DNA from: an uncultured Bdellovibrionales bacterium
Lineage (GTDB): Bacteria; Patescibacteriota; Minisyncoccia; Moranbacterales; UBA1568
Length of the DNA stretch: 64,000 nt
Reading direction: 5' to 3'
Assembly (NCBI GenBank): GCA_964612055.1
Contig: CAZTBI010000001.1
Span: 356,824-420,823 of the forward strand
Both the position numbers and the translations under genes were made by a program. Shown here one piece after another: positions 54,008-63,988 of the stretch. Within the stretch, counting starts at the first letter, position 1. Each line of letters opens with the position of its first letter. The notes beneath the pieces were generated by a model. It was not told where the DNA came from and did not search any database. It saw only the letters and a list, made by a program, of their open reading frames with translations.

Positions 54008-57000
54008 TTATTCACCTAACTCATTCGCCAGAAGTTCAGCTTGCTTCAAAACATTTTCGGTCGCTACCAACTGTTCATCGGGCGGATATCCATAACGATT
54101 CAAAATACGCTTCACATCTCGACGCAAACGCGCCCGGACACTCTCCTTGAGCGTCCAATCAATCGTCGCATTCCCCTTTACACTTCGGAATACCTCAATC
54201 GCTATCACGGCCAACTGCTTATCACCCAGTACTTCACGAGCGTTTTCGTTATTAGCAAGCGCATCATAAAATGCCAACTCATCTTCAGCGAGATCCAGTT
54301 CTTCTCCACGTTTGTCTCCTTCCCGAATATCTTTGGCAAGCTTGATCAATTCCTCAATCACCTGCGTTGTTGTGAGTAAATTGTTCTGATACTTCTTGAT
54401 GGCATTTTCGAGCATCTCCGAAAGCTTCCGACTCTGAATGAAGTTTTTTCTCGTCCGTGTCTTGATCTCATCATTCAATAATTTCTTCAACAATTCCAAG
54501 GCAAGATTCTTGCGCTCCATATGGCGCACGTCCTCCAAGAACTCATCCGAAAGAATAGAGATGTCTGGCTTCTTGATCCCGGCCGCATCAAAGACATCGA
54601 CGATACCTTCTGATACCACGGCCGCATCTACGATTTGCCGGATAGCCGTTTCAATTTCCAAATCAGACTTACCCGTTCCGGCTGGCTCAAACTTGGTCAA
54701 TCGTGCCTTTACCGCTTGGAAAAACCCAATCTCATCCTTCAACTCCATCGCTTTCAGGTTTGGCACGGACAGAGCAAAGGCTTGCGAAAGTAACCCCACC
54801 TCACGGGTAAACCGATTCTTGCCATCATCGAGTCCGAGCACGTGTTCCTGTGCCTCAAGGATCACCGTCAATTTCTCCCGGGTATCAGCCGAGAAATATC
54901 GTTTGTACTCAAATCCGGTAAACATCTGCTCGACGACTTCGAATTTTTCCAATAGCTTAGCAACTACTTCCGACTGGTCCAGTGTCGGCGTACCTTTGCC
55001 ACCACTCGATGTATAGGTCGCCAGAGCCGTTTTCAAATCAGAGGCGATGCCGATATAGTCCACGATGAGCCCTCCGGACTTATCCTTGAATACGCGATTC
55101 ACTCGAGCGATCGCTTGCATCAGATTGTGTCCACGCATCGGCTTGTCGACATACATAGTGGAGAGGCACGGTGCGTCGAATCCCGTCAGCCACATATCCC
55201 GCACGATCACCAGTTTCAGCGGATCGCTCGCATCCTTGAACCGCTCACCGAGCGCTTTGCGATTCTCTTTGGTGGTATGGTGCATCTGCCAATTTTCTGG
55301 ATCCGAAGACGATGACGTCATCACTACCTTGATTGCACCTTTTTTCAAATCCTGATCATGCCACTCGGGACGGATTTTCATTATCGCCTCGTAGAGCTCT
55401 ACAGCGATGCGCCGACTCATACAGACGATCATCGCTTTCCCCTCCATTGCTTCTTGGCGTTTCTCGAAATGATCCACGATATCAGTCGCCACTATCCGCA
55501 AACGGTCACGGTGTCCGACGATTGCTTCGAGCTGCGCCCACTTCGCCTTGGCCTGCTCGGCTGCTGTACTCTCTTCTCCTTCGGTAATCGAAGCAACCTC
55601 GTCATCGAGCCGGGATTTTTCTTCATCCTTCAAATGCACCTTAGCCAAGCGTGATTCGTAATAAATCCGCACGGTCGAACCATCTTCGACTGCCTGAGCG
55701 ATATCGTAAACATCGACATATTTCCCAAAGACCGCAGGTGTCGAGGCATCCTCTTTTTCAATCGGTGTCCCGGTGAATCCGATGAACGACGCATTCGGCA
55801 AAGCGTCACGCAGATACTTGGCAAAGCCGTATTTAGTGAAGACTTCTCCGTCTTTCTCGGTCGTCTTGGCACCAAAGCCATATTGACTCCGATGAGCTTC
55901 ATCCGCCACGATGATGATATTTTTTCGCTCAGAAAGCATGTCAAAGTTCGCCGCACCATCCGCTGGGAAAAATTTTTGTATGGTTGTGAAAACGATACCT
56001 CCACCCGTTACCCGAAGCAAGTTCTTCAATTCCTCACGATTGCTCGCCTTCACCGGATCCTGTCGCAACAACTGCTTGCAACTCGCAAAGGTATCAAAAA
56101 GTTGTTCGTCCAGATCGTTGCGGTCAGTGATAACCACTACTGTCGGATTATCCAGTGCCAAGACCACTTTGCCGGTATAGAACACCATCGAAAGCGACTT
56201 GCCACTCCCCTGGGTATGCCAAACCACGCCAGCCTTGCGATCGCCCGCTTCACTCGATGCTTCCATGGTCGAAATAATCGCCTTGTTCACAGCGAAGTAC
56301 TGGTGATAAGCAGCAATCTTTTTCACGGTGACGACTGACACTATCCCTGTCTTCGGATCTTCTTTCTTCGACTTTTCAAAAACAATAAACTGCCGAATCA
56401 GATCAAGTAGTACTTCTCGTGTCATCATCCCATGCACGAGCGTCTCGATCTGAGGCACTGTCGCTCGGTCCTCTTTCACACCATCCCGAGACTTCCACGC
56501 GAGGAAGCGCGACATGTCCGATGATATCGTCCCGACCCGAGCATCCAGTCCATCCGATGCGACCAAAAGTGCATTGTAATAAAAAAGCGATGGAATGGCA
56601 TTTTTGTAATTCTGAAGCTGGGTATAGGCTTTGTGGACTGTGGCGTTTTCATCCACTGGGTTTTTGAGCTCGATCACCACCAGCGGTAGCCCATTAATGA
56701 GGAGCACTACGTCGGGACGCTTGGTCACATTATTCTCGATCACGGTGTACTGATTACGCACGAGGAATTCGTTTTTTGTGACATTTCCGAAGTCAACCAA
56801 ATGCACTTTCTCGCCTTTTACTCCATCCGTTCCCATCACTTCTACCTCGATCCCTTCGGTGAGCATGCGATGAAACGCCTCATTGTTGTCCATCAAGTTC
56901 TGACTCGGTAAATTGAGCACAAGGCGCAAAGCTTGTTCTTTGGCTTCTTCTGGGATACTCGGGTTGATCCGGTCAATCGCCTGCTTCAATCGTTCCCGTA

Positions 57001-57124
57001 ACACTACTCCACCAAGATCGGGTCTTTCTTTCTCTTGATCCTCAGGCGACAAATACTCGAACCCTTGGGATTCCAAAAGCTCAATCATGAATTCTTCAAT
57101 CGTAGATTCAAATATTTTGGTCAT
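54008..57124 (-). CDS. hsdR: Type I restriction enzyme R subunit (HsdR)
   Basis: 1038 aa. N-terminal PD-(D/E)xK region, SF2 helicase motifs (TQGSGKS, DEAH-like VADEAHRSQ, motif VI) and the HsdR C-terminal domain. Confidence 0.9.
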   Translation of the reverse strand: MTKIFESTIEEFMIELLESQGFEYLSPEDQEKERPDLGGVVLRERLKQAIDRINPSIPEEAKEQALRLVLNLPSQNLMDNNEAFHRMLTEGIEVEVMGTDGVKGEKVHLVDFGNVTKNEFLVRNQYTVIENNVTKRPDVVLLINGLPLVVIELKNPVDENATVHKAYTQLQNYKNAIPSLFYYNALLVASDGLDARVGTISSDMSRFLAWKSRDGVKEDRATVPQIETLVHGMMTREVLLDLIRQFIVFEKSKKEDPKTGIVSVVTVKKIAAYHQYFAVNKAIISTMEASSEAGDRKAGVVWHTQGSGKSLSMVFYTGKVVLALDNPTVVVITDRNDLDEQLFDTFASCKQLLRQDPVKASNREELKNLLRVTGGGIVFTTIQKFFPADGAANFDMLSERKNIIIVADEAHRSQYGFGAKTTEKDGEVFTKYGFAKYLRDALPNASFIGFTGTPIEKEDASTPAVFGKYVDVYDIAQAVEDGSTVRIYYESRLAKVHLKDEEKSRLDDEVASITEGEESTAAEQAKAKWAQLEAIVGHRDRLRIVATDIVDHFEKRQEAMEGKAMIVCMSRRIAVELYEAIMKIRPEWHDQDLKKGAIKVVMTSSSSDPENWQMHHTTKENRKALGERFKDASDPLKLVIVRDMWLTGFDAPCLSTMYVDKPMRGHNLMQAIARVNRVFKDKSGGLIVDYIGIASDLKTALATYTSSGGKGTPTLDQSEVVAKLLEKFEVVEQMFTGFEYKRYFSADTREKLTVILEAQEHVLGLDDGKNRFTREVGLLSQAFALSVPNLKAMELKDEIGFFQAVKARLTKFEPAGTGKSDLEIETAIRQIVDAAVVSEGIVDVFDAAGIKKPDISILSDEFLEDVRHMERKNLALELLKKLLNDEIKTRTRKNFIQSRKLSEMLENAIKKYQNNLLTTTQVIEELIKLAKDIREGDKRGEELDLAEDELAFYDALANNENAREVLGDKQLAVIAIEVFRSVKGNATIDWTLKESVRARLRRDVKRILNRYGYPPDEQLVATENVLKQAELLANELGE

Positions 57125-57597
57125 GACTTTCTACCCTTTGATTCTTGGATTATTATCTGCGCCAACATCCCAAACATTCTATATCCATAAAATAGGTTAA
57201 ACAAAAATACAGAAGTAAGGAGATAACTAGACTTACTGTCCATATAAACATTATTAACTCCACTCTGATTCAGTAGAAGGATAAGCACAATAATATATAG
57301 TATTGAAGCCAAAACAACAAGCATCCCTACCTTATACTTAAAGATAAGAGCGTGTAACAATGTTTGTGATTTATCTTCGCTATCAGTCAAGCTATAAAGA
57401 CTAGTAACATACTTAGACGTTGAAAAAATAGCAAAACTTGTTACGTAAAACCCAAAGGCTATTGAAAGAAAAGTTACAACATTCGTTAATAAATCAACTT
57501 TCAAAACAAAGCCTTGAAGGAAAAAATTTTGTAAGTAATATCCGCCGATACCAAATATAAACAACTCGACTATTAGTCTTTTATACTGCGGTTTCAT
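57121..57597 (-). CDS. Unknown 4-TM membrane protein embedded between hsdS and hsdR (candidate defence effector)
   Basis: 158 aa, very AT-rich. Start overlaps the upstream gene by 17 nt and the stop overlaps the hsdR start by 4 nt, so translationally coupled. Confidence 0.55.
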   Translation of the reverse strand: MKPQYKRLIVELFIFGIGGYYLQNFFLQGFVLKVDLLTNVVTFLSIAFGFYVTSFAIFSTSKYVTSLYSLTDSEDKSQTLLHALIFKYKVGMLVVLASILYIIVLILLLNQSGVNNVYMDSKSSYLLTSVFLFNLFYGYRMFGMLAQIIIQESKGRKS

Positions 57598-58408
57598 TTT
57601 GTTTTATTTTAGTGATTAGTGATTCAAAAAGATTGTTCTCATAGAGCTTCCCTGTTTTATCATCAGTAACTCCATCTACTGATATCTTATTCACCACTCC
57701 ATCAGTATTAAACACGGACGAAAAGTCATCTGCTGTTCTTCCGACTATTGTCAATTTTTCAAAAGTACTCTTTTTTCCTATTATAGACCGCATCTTATCT
57801 TTTACGCTACCGATAGTCATCCCTCTTTTATATCTCAAAATCAATGTTGCTTCATCTGCGCCAAAACCATATATATCCTCTGATAGTTTTGCAGAAAGTA
57901 ACTGCGAATCATACTGATTGAACAAATTAGGCACAACAGTTAAGGACACTTCAGAAACGCTTTTTATTTTATTGATGAATTCTTCTTTATCAAAGAGCGG
58001 TTTTATAACCACTTCAGCACCAGTCTTCTCTGCGAGCCAACCGATCAGGGTATTTACCCTTCTTTGGTCCGATATGTAGATTATTTGAGTATTTGCATCA
58101 ATAAGGGCGAATACCTGATCATTTGTTTCTATTTCTTCTGGTGACTTTGGATTATCATGCTCCTTCAGACTAGCGGAATCAACAACCATCGGAGAGTAAG
58201 GCCATTTTTCTCCTTCTTGAAAATATAACCCTATAAACCGACTCTCGAACTCTACTTTTTTAAAAATCCGTATAGATATGACTTCTTGGTCTATTTTAAA
58301 CGGCTCAGTATGACTCCCTGGTATTCTTCCTGAAAAATCAAAAACAAAGCGATTATCGTCAACAATCATCTGGTTTGCTGAAAATGACACTTGCTTTACT
58401 TTGCCCAT
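57581..58408 (-). CDS. Unknown soluble protein (275 aa) embedded between hsdS and hsdR (candidate defence sensor)
   Basis: AT-rich. No TM. No recognisable catalytic motif. 5-nt gap to the hsdS stop. Confidence 0.55.
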   Translation of the reverse strand: MGKVKQVSFSANQMIVDDNRFVFDFSGRIPGSHTEPFKIDQEVISIRIFKKVEFESRFIGLYFQEGEKWPYSPMVVDSASLKEHDNPKSPEEIETNDQVFALIDANTQIIYISDQRRVNTLIGWLAEKTGAEVVIKPLFDKEEFINKIKSVSEVSLTVVPNLFNQYDSQLLSAKLSEDIYGFGADEATLILRYKRGMTIGSVKDKMRSIIGKKSTFEKLTIVGRTADDFSSVFNTDGVVNKISVDGVTDDKTGKLYENNLFESLITKIKQNETAV

Positions 58409-58413
58409 AAAAG

Positions 58414-59613
58414 CTACTTACTTATCGTTACTTCTCCGCTCATCAACTTTGGCAAAAGAGTGTCTCTGAGGGTTAAGAGGGTTTGGATTTGAGAATCATT
58501 ATTCCAGATTTTGTATTGCAATGGCTTTATAACTTCGGCAAATTCATTCGCAATATTTGGCGTTGGAACAATATATTTTTTCTGCTCAAAATCCGGCCAA
58601 TGCCCCTTGTATTCGATAAATGATACTTGGCCGAGAGTCATATAATAAACAAAGAATGTACTATACTCGATGTTTCCCCGAAATGGAAGAACGTTTTGAA
58701 TCGCACAAAATGAATAATTCACAAACCACATATTACATGTATGGTTTGTAAAAAGAATCACTGGGTTTTCCGTGCTCGCTTCAAAATCCGCTGCGCGAGA
58801 TGTATAACCATACAAACCCGTTGAGCCCTGATCAAAGATCGGTGTTTTTCCTTTCGAATCTAGATCATCTTTATCACAACGGTAACTTACCGAATGCTTT
58901 TTGATTACATCTTTCACCGTCCCGACTTTCCACCCCTCTGGGATTTCGCCGAGTTCGGAGTCGATCATTTTTCCACCGGAGGACTTATAGGGTTTGCCTT
59001 CAGCGTTCGGAAAATTGAAATTCACAAACCATTCTTTGAAAATCGCCTGCGCGGTCGCTTCAAGTGTTTTATTCTCCTCTCGCAAAAGTTCAATCTTATC
59101 ATCCAAACTCGAAAGCACCCCCGCAATTTCCTTTTGCTCAGGAAGAGATGGAAGAAGAATTTTTGTTTTTAGCAATTCCGACTGTTTTATACCCGTGACA
59201 GTTGACCCTGATTCCCTACTCTTCAATTGATGCTGATAGTATTTGCTATCAATAAAGTAATTAAAGAAAAAAGAATCAAGAATATTCTTCTTTGTTCTTA
59301 TTCCAAAAATTCGCTGACTTAAAACTAACTTCTCCTCCGATTTCCAAATAATATGCTCTCCTAGAGGAGCCTCTGAGGTCAAAAAAATATCGCCGTACTC
59401 AACCTCTTCTTTCATCCACTTCCTATACAAATTCTCTGACAAAAGATTCATCTGTCCCTCATTAACCAATTGACCATTTTTGATTGACTTTGCGGAAATA
59501 GCCCTATATCCGACCACGGACCAGTCTCCGCCCATTTTTTTAGGCGTCATCCCTCTATGGTCGATTATAATATCAACTGCTTTTCCTAAAGTTGTTTCTT
59601 TCCATTCGTTCAT
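58414..59613 (-). CDS. hsdS: Type I restriction-modification specificity subunit (HsdS)
   Basis: 399 aa with two target-recognition domains separated by the conserved central coiled-coil (LPSLPEQKEIAGVLSSLDDKIELLREENKTLE) and the C-terminal conserved repeat (LLTLRDTLLPKLMSGEV). Confidence 0.85.
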   Translation of the reverse strand: MNEWKETTLGKAVDIIIDHRGMTPKKMGGDWSVVGYRAISAKSIKNGQLVNEGQMNLLSENLYRKWMKEEVEYGDIFLTSEAPLGEHIIWKSEEKLVLSQRIFGIRTKKNILDSFFFNYFIDSKYYQHQLKSRESGSTVTGIKQSELLKTKILLPSLPEQKEIAGVLSSLDDKIELLREENKTLEATAQAIFKEWFVNFNFPNAEGKPYKSSGGKMIDSELGEIPEGWKVGTVKDVIKKHSVSYRCDKDDLDSKGKTPIFDQGSTGLYGYTSRAADFEASTENPVILFTNHTCNMWFVNYSFCAIQNVLPFRGNIEYSTFFVYYMTLGQVSFIEYKGHWPDFEQKKYIVPTPNIANEFAEVIKPLQYKIWNNDSQIQTLLTLRDTLLPKLMSGEVTISK

Positions 59614-59615
59614 AC

Positions 59616-60605
59616 CTATTCCAATTCAAAATCAGTAATTTCATTTGCCTCATCTATTGTTGATGTTATATATGCATCCGTGCTATCAACAATAGTGCCG
59701 CCATCACTATCTTCCCTCTCCAGATCCAAACCAACATATGTTTCGACTAAAAATACCCCATCTATACCCAGACTGCTATCCCCTTCAATTTTTTCAAATT
59801 TAGTACATTTATTCAAAATTTCAACTCCGACGATATCAAATTCCTCACCATCTTTTTCCCATTTCTCAATATTGTACTTAATATAGTCCTTAATCTGATC
59901 ATCAAAATATGATGTTTGTATCAGAGAGAAAATTTCTTGATTTTCAATAATATCAGCATATGAACTCTCTATTTTTGCTTGTAAAAGAGATAGGTCTTTA
60001 ATTATTTCAAGACTCTTATTCTTTTTTTCAATAAACTCTCTTTCGCATCCGTCGAACCCAGAATCATCCGTTAGAAAAAATATTTCATCGTAATAAGTAG
60101 TATTAGAAAAGTTTTTCAAAAGAGTTTCCCATATAACCACATCTTTGAATCCAGCATCGGTTCCCTTTTTAAACGGCGCTCTTTTCTCTACGGACCTGTT
60201 AAGAATATTTCTAAACATTTCTGCGTGATCGCTTTTGTCACTACAAAGAATTTTTATATGATAATTTTTAGTAAAAAACTCTTTTTGCTTTTCGTTAAGA
60301 AATTTTTTAATATCTAAATCAAAAAATTCAACCTCCTTAACAACGCCTACTTCTTGTAAAGATTTCGCAACTGACTTAAATCTCGACACATCAGTTGCAT
60401 ACTGATCAGTCTTCTGTTTTAACAGTTCACGAATAACAATTTCTGGAACAGCTATATGCACGTAATCTTTAAGTCCCTTCTCTTTGATGAAAGAGTCTAC
60501 GAATTTATAGTCGCCTCCCAATACAAAATCTGCGTATCGCAAGTCACTATTATTTGAATCTCTAAGCTTATTTGTATCAAACACTATAAGTGTTTTATAA
60601 GACAT
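59616..60605 (-). CDS. Unknown AT-rich protein between hsdM and hsdS, possible PIN-like nuclease fold
   Basis: N-terminal LIVFDTNKL resembles PIN strand 1 (hhhDTN). Candidate acidic residues at IRELL and FLTDDSGF. 2-nt gap to hsdS and 16-nt gap to hsdM. Confidence 0.5.
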   Translation of the reverse strand: MSYKTLIVFDTNKLRDSNNSDLRYADFVLGGDYKFVDSFIKEKGLKDYVHIAVPEIVIRELLKQKTDQYATDVSRFKSVAKSLQEVGVVKEVEFFDLDIKKFLNEKQKEFFTKNYHIKILCSDKSDHAEMFRNILNRSVEKRAPFKKGTDAGFKDVVIWETLLKNFSNTTYYDEIFFLTDDSGFDGCEREFIEKKNKSLEIIKDLSLLQAKIESSYADIIENQEIFSLIQTSYFDDQIKDYIKYNIEKWEKDGEEFDIVGVEILNKCTKFEKIEGDSSLGIDGVFLVETYVGLDLEREDSDGGTIVDSTDAYITSTIDEANEITDFELE

Positions 60606-60621
60606 ACACTAAAAAGTTTAA

Positions 60622-62169
60622 CTACGGTTTCAACCCGATCTTTGAAAGTTGCTTCTTTATTTCCTCGTTCAGCTCTTCTTCCTTTTCCATCTGTTGTTTC
60701 AATGTTGCTGTCAGATCAGCAATCTTTTTCTCAAACGGAATACCATCATTAACTTCATCGGGAATACCGACATAGCGCCCTGGGGTCAAGACGAAGTTGT
60801 GTTTGGTGATATCCTCGATTGTCGCAGATTTCGAGAATCCTTTTTTGTCTTCGTGCTTCCCCTCTTTGCTTCGCCATTCATGATAAGTGCTCGCGATCAT
60901 CGCCATATCCTCATCGGTGAATTCTTTGTGAGTCCGATCAGCCATATGCCCGACTTCGCTCGCATCGATGAAGAGGATTTCACCCGTACGTTTACGGTCA
61001 CCATTGCCGGTACGCTTGCGTGAGAGAAACCAGATACATGCCGGGATGCCGGTGTTGTAGAAGAGTTGCTTCGGCAAAGCGACGATACAATCTACCAAAT
61101 CATGTTCGATGAGTGACTGACGAATACTCCCTTCACCACTGGTTTGACTCGAGAGCGACCCGTTAGCCAAGACACACGCCATCACGCCTTTCGGTGAAAG
61201 ATGATAGATCATGTGCTGCAACCAGGCAAAGTTGGCATTGCCGGCTGGTGGCATCCCATATTGCCACCGCGGATCATTAGCTAGGAGTTGCCCTGACCAG
61301 TCGCTGTCATTGAAGGGTGGGTTGGCGAGGATATAGTCGGCCTTCAAATCTTTGTGTGCGTCATTCAAAAATGATCCTTCAGTGTTCCACTTCACCTGTG
61401 ATCCATCGATCCCCCGAATCGCCAAGTTCATCCGACAGAGACGATAGGTAGTCTGATTGCTTTCTTGTCCGTAAATAGAGATATCATCTACCTTTCCTTG
61501 GTGACTCTCCACGAATTTCTCACTCATAATAAACATCCCGCCCGATCCACAGGCTGGGTCATACACCCGGCCGCTATGGGGCTCGATCATTTCTACCATC
61601 AGCTTCACGATCGATTTCGGCGTGTAGAACTGACCACCTTTCTTGCCTTCGGCATTGGCGAATTCTCCAAGGAAGTATTCGTAGACTCGCCCAAGAAGAT
61701 CTTTACTCTTGGCTGCCTCGGTCCCAAGCGCGATATTCCCCACGAGATCGATCAGTCCACCGAGCGCAGTTTTGTCGAGATTCGGACGAGCATAGACTTT
61801 GGGCAGAATACCTTTCAAGGTCGGATTTTCTTTCTCGATCGCCTCCATCGCATCATCGAGATCCGTGCCGATACCGGGCTGCTTGGCTCGTGCATGGAGA
61901 TAATTCCAACGAGCTACTTGCGGAACAAAGAAAACATTTTCCGCCCGATATTCATCAGCATCTTCCGGATTGGCATCTTTGAAGTCTCCTTCTCCAGCTT
62001 TTATTTTTTCGTACAGCTCCTCGAAAGAATCTGAGATGTATTTGAGGAAAATAAGCCCAAGGACAATATGCTTGTACTCAGCCGCATCCATATTCTTGCG
62101 AAGCTTATCCGCCGCCCGAAAGAGGATCTTTTCAAAAGCCTCTGTTTTCTGGTTATCATTTTTCGCCAT
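60622..62169 (-). CDS. hsdM: Type I restriction-modification DNA methyltransferase subunit (HsdM), N6-adenine MTase
   Basis: HsdM N-domain (ILFRAADKLRKNMDAAEYKHIVLGLIFLKYISD). SAM motif I (DPACGSGGMF) and motif IV NPPF. The true start is the internal ATG (MAKNDNQ). The upstream 93 codons of the ORF-track frame are spurious read-through over the GFA gene. Confidence 0.9.
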   Translation of the reverse strand: MAKNDNQKTEAFEKILFRAADKLRKNMDAAEYKHIVLGLIFLKYISDSFEELYEKIKAGEGDFKDANPEDADEYRAENVFFVPQVARWNYLHARAKQPGIGTDLDDAMEAIEKENPTLKGILPKVYARPNLDKTALGGLIDLVGNIALGTEAAKSKDLLGRVYEYFLGEFANAEGKKGGQFYTPKSIVKLMVEMIEPHSGRVYDPACGSGGMFIMSEKFVESHQGKVDDISIYGQESNQTTYRLCRMNLAIRGIDGSQVKWNTEGSFLNDAHKDLKADYILANPPFNDSDWSGQLLANDPRWQYGMPPAGNANFAWLQHMIYHLSPKGVMACVLANGSLSSQTSGEGSIRQSLIEHDLVDCIVALPKQLFYNTGIPACIWFLSRKRTGNGDRKRTGEILFIDASEVGHMADRTHKEFTDEDMAMIASTYHEWRSKEGKHEDKKGFSKSATIEDITKHNFVLTPGRYVGIPDEVNDGIPFEKKIADLTATLKQQMEKEEELNEEIKKQLSKIGLKP

Positions 62170-62189
62170 ATCTGTCTTTCCAATCCTAA

Positions 62190-62540
62190 TTACATGCTCT
62201 TCCCATCGAACTTCCCTGATTGCAGGGTTGAGAGGTCGACGCCCTGCAGACAGCGGACGTTTACCATGACGGTGGCGTTGCCGGCTTGATCGGTGCCGCG
62301 GCCGAAAGACTGGACTCCGCAGACTTTGCAGAAAAGATGAGCGATTTTCTTGGTGTTGAAGCGATACTCTGTAAGCATGTCCTCCCCCGAAAGTAGCGTG
62401 AAGTTCGCTGCCGGGACAAAGGTCAAGATGAAGCCCTTTATCTCGCAATGCGAACAGTTACAGGTAAACGTTTTCGTGAGGTCCGCCTCGACCTCATACT
62501 TCACCACCCCACAATGACACCCACCAGTATATTTTTGCAT
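62190..62540 (-). CDS. GFA-family (glutathione-dependent formaldehyde-activating enzyme/CENP-V-like) Zn-binding protein
   Basis: GGCHCGVVKYEV ... CNCSHC ... Cys pattern typical of the GFA family. Start set to MQKYTGG. Confidence 0.7.
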   Translation of the reverse strand: MQKYTGGCHCGVVKYEVEADLTKTFTCNCSHCEIKGFILTFVPAANFTLLSGEDMLTEYRFNTKKIAHLFCKVCGVQSFGRGTDQAGNATVMVNVRCLQGVDLSTLQSGKFDGKSM

Positions 62541-62561
62541 AGTATTTCTTCCAACCACGAA

Positions 62562-63203
62562 TTACTCTTTCGACCCCATTTTACCACCTATCCCCTCTTT
62601 AAGCCAAAAGTCGGCGATGAGACGGTCACCTGTCTCATGACTACCGAGCTCATAAAGGCCGATGTGATCAGCAATGAAAGAAAATTCTTTTTGGGGGAGG
62701 TAAGCCAGCACGTCGGCTCGGGGTTTCTTCAGTTTCGTAAAGCTAATATGGGGAGAATACCGAGTGTAGGCATCTGCCCAACCGCATTCTAAAATATTTT
62801 TACGTTGCTCTTTACTCATTTCTGCCCACCGGTCAGAATAGCGCGCATCATCCTCGATCACCCGATACTGCTTCACGGCGTCAATCACTACCGTATGCAT
62901 ATCAAAAAGCGCTTTATCGGCCACGTACCGAACACCCACCCAAACACCCTGATCCGGATAGTAAGTATCTTGTGTCAAAAGAAATGGTGCGGTTGAGTGA
63001 GCGATATCCTCTATCGCCGAAATAACTGTAGGGAGATCTGATTCATGAAAGGGGACCCGATAGAGTGAGAGATGTGGGTGGCGCGACACTCCATCGAGCA
63101 CAAAGAAAGTGCCAAAGGGTGCGAGCGCTTGGCTCAGAGCAACCGCCTGGTCCGCAATCTCCTTTGGCGGAATGATGACGATATCGTAGCGCTTATAGTT
63201 CAT
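62562..63203 (-). CDS. 2H-phosphoesterase superfamily protein (LigT/2'-5' RNA ligase-like)
   Basis: Two H-x-S/T-x motifs (HPHLSLY and PHISFTKL) at the spacing expected for the 2H fold. Tentative. Confidence 0.45.
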   Translation of the reverse strand: MNYKRYDIVIIPPKEIADQAVALSQALAPFGTFFVLDGVSRHPHLSLYRVPFHESDLPTVISAIEDIAHSTAPFLLTQDTYYPDQGVWVGVRYVADKALFDMHTVVIDAVKQYRVIEDDARYSDRWAEMSKEQRKNILECGWADAYTRYSPHISFTKLKKPRADVLAYLPQKEFSFIADHIGLYELGSHETGDRLIADFWLKEGIGGKMGSKE

Positions 63204-63241
63204 ACCAGATAAAGAGAAAACCCCTGGCGGGGTTCTCGAAC

Positions 63242-63406
63242 TTAGGCTTTGGATTTTTTCTTCTGGTGGCCGAGGTTTTTGATACCAACGTTTTTCACCT
63301 TGCCTTCAAGCCGGGTAGCTTCATGCATGGAACCAACCTTCTGATGCGAAAGCGCGTTCAGATCCTGCTTGCCGCGCTTGTTGTCCGTTTTCTCTGGTGT
63401 CAGCAT
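63242..63406 (-). CDS. Small basic protein (54 aa), not in the ORF track (under 60 aa)
   Basis: Translates as MLTPEKTDNKRGKQDLNALSHQKVGSMHEATRLEGKVKNVGIKNLGHQKKKSKA. Extended -10 (TGcTACAAT) ~23 nt upstream. Hairpin plus T-run terminator at ~63216-63241. Confidence 0.35.
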   Translation of the reverse strand: MLTPEKTDNKRGKQDLNALSHQKVGSMHEATRLEGKVKNVGIKNLGHQKKKSKA

Positions 63407-63445
63407 AGTCGTATGTGTTAATTACCTTTATTGTAGCACCCTCGT

Positions 63446-63988
63446 CTAATCCCTCATAAGGAAGTAAACAATAGCAAAGAACACTGTGGCGAGTACCGAA
63501 AGCTCAAAAGCCAGTTTAAAATTTGGTCTCAGATATTGCTCCTCAAGCCAACGAGGGTTGCCATGGACAGCGGCCGTAGCCCGCTGCTCGGCTTTGTTAC
63601 GAAAGTGATGCTTGGGGCTATAAGAAGCGAGAGTGAAGTAGCCACGGTAGAATGGATGGAGCCACTGTATCCCCCAACCACCATCGATCGTATCGTGAAT
63701 AAAATGCGCCATGGTTCCGAAAAACCAAACGACTCCGTAGAGCGGACCGATGAGCGAGATGAGCAGTCCGCCGCCTACACCAAAGATAAGCGGCAAATGC
63801 AGGAGGTCACGATGCTCATGCGCATACTGATCCACCTTCCAGTTGTTGCGAATAAGCCATACGATGAAATCAAGATCTGGCGACAGAGTCGCAAACACTC
63901 CAAATAACATAAGAAAAAGATGCTGTTCCCCTGCTCCGGTAGCAACAAGCCAACCAATGAGTAGCCCTATGGCGATATCGATATACAT
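63446..63988 (-). CDS. Membrane-bound metal-dependent hydrolase-like protein (DUF457/YdjM-like)
   Basis: 180 aa, 3-4 TM, His/Asp-rich motifs (HEHRDLLHLP, HFIHDTIDGGWGIQWLHPF). Confidence 0.4.
   Translation of the reverse strand: MYIDIAIGLLIGWLVATGAGEQHLFLMLFGVFATLSPDLDFIVWLIRNNWKVDQYAHEHRDLLHLPLIFGVGGGLLISLIGPLYGVVWFFGTMAHFIHDTIDGGWGIQWLHPFYRGYFTLASYSPKHHFRNKAEQRATAAVHGNPRWLEEQYLRPNFKLAFELSVLATVFFAIVYFLMRD

Noticed and set aside
62170-62448. 93-codon N-terminal extension of the hsdM ORF (MRDKGLHLD...)
   Set aside because: Arg/His-rich nonsense translation overlapping the GFA gene in another frame. A clean ATG (MAKNDNQ) precedes the conserved HsdM N-domain.
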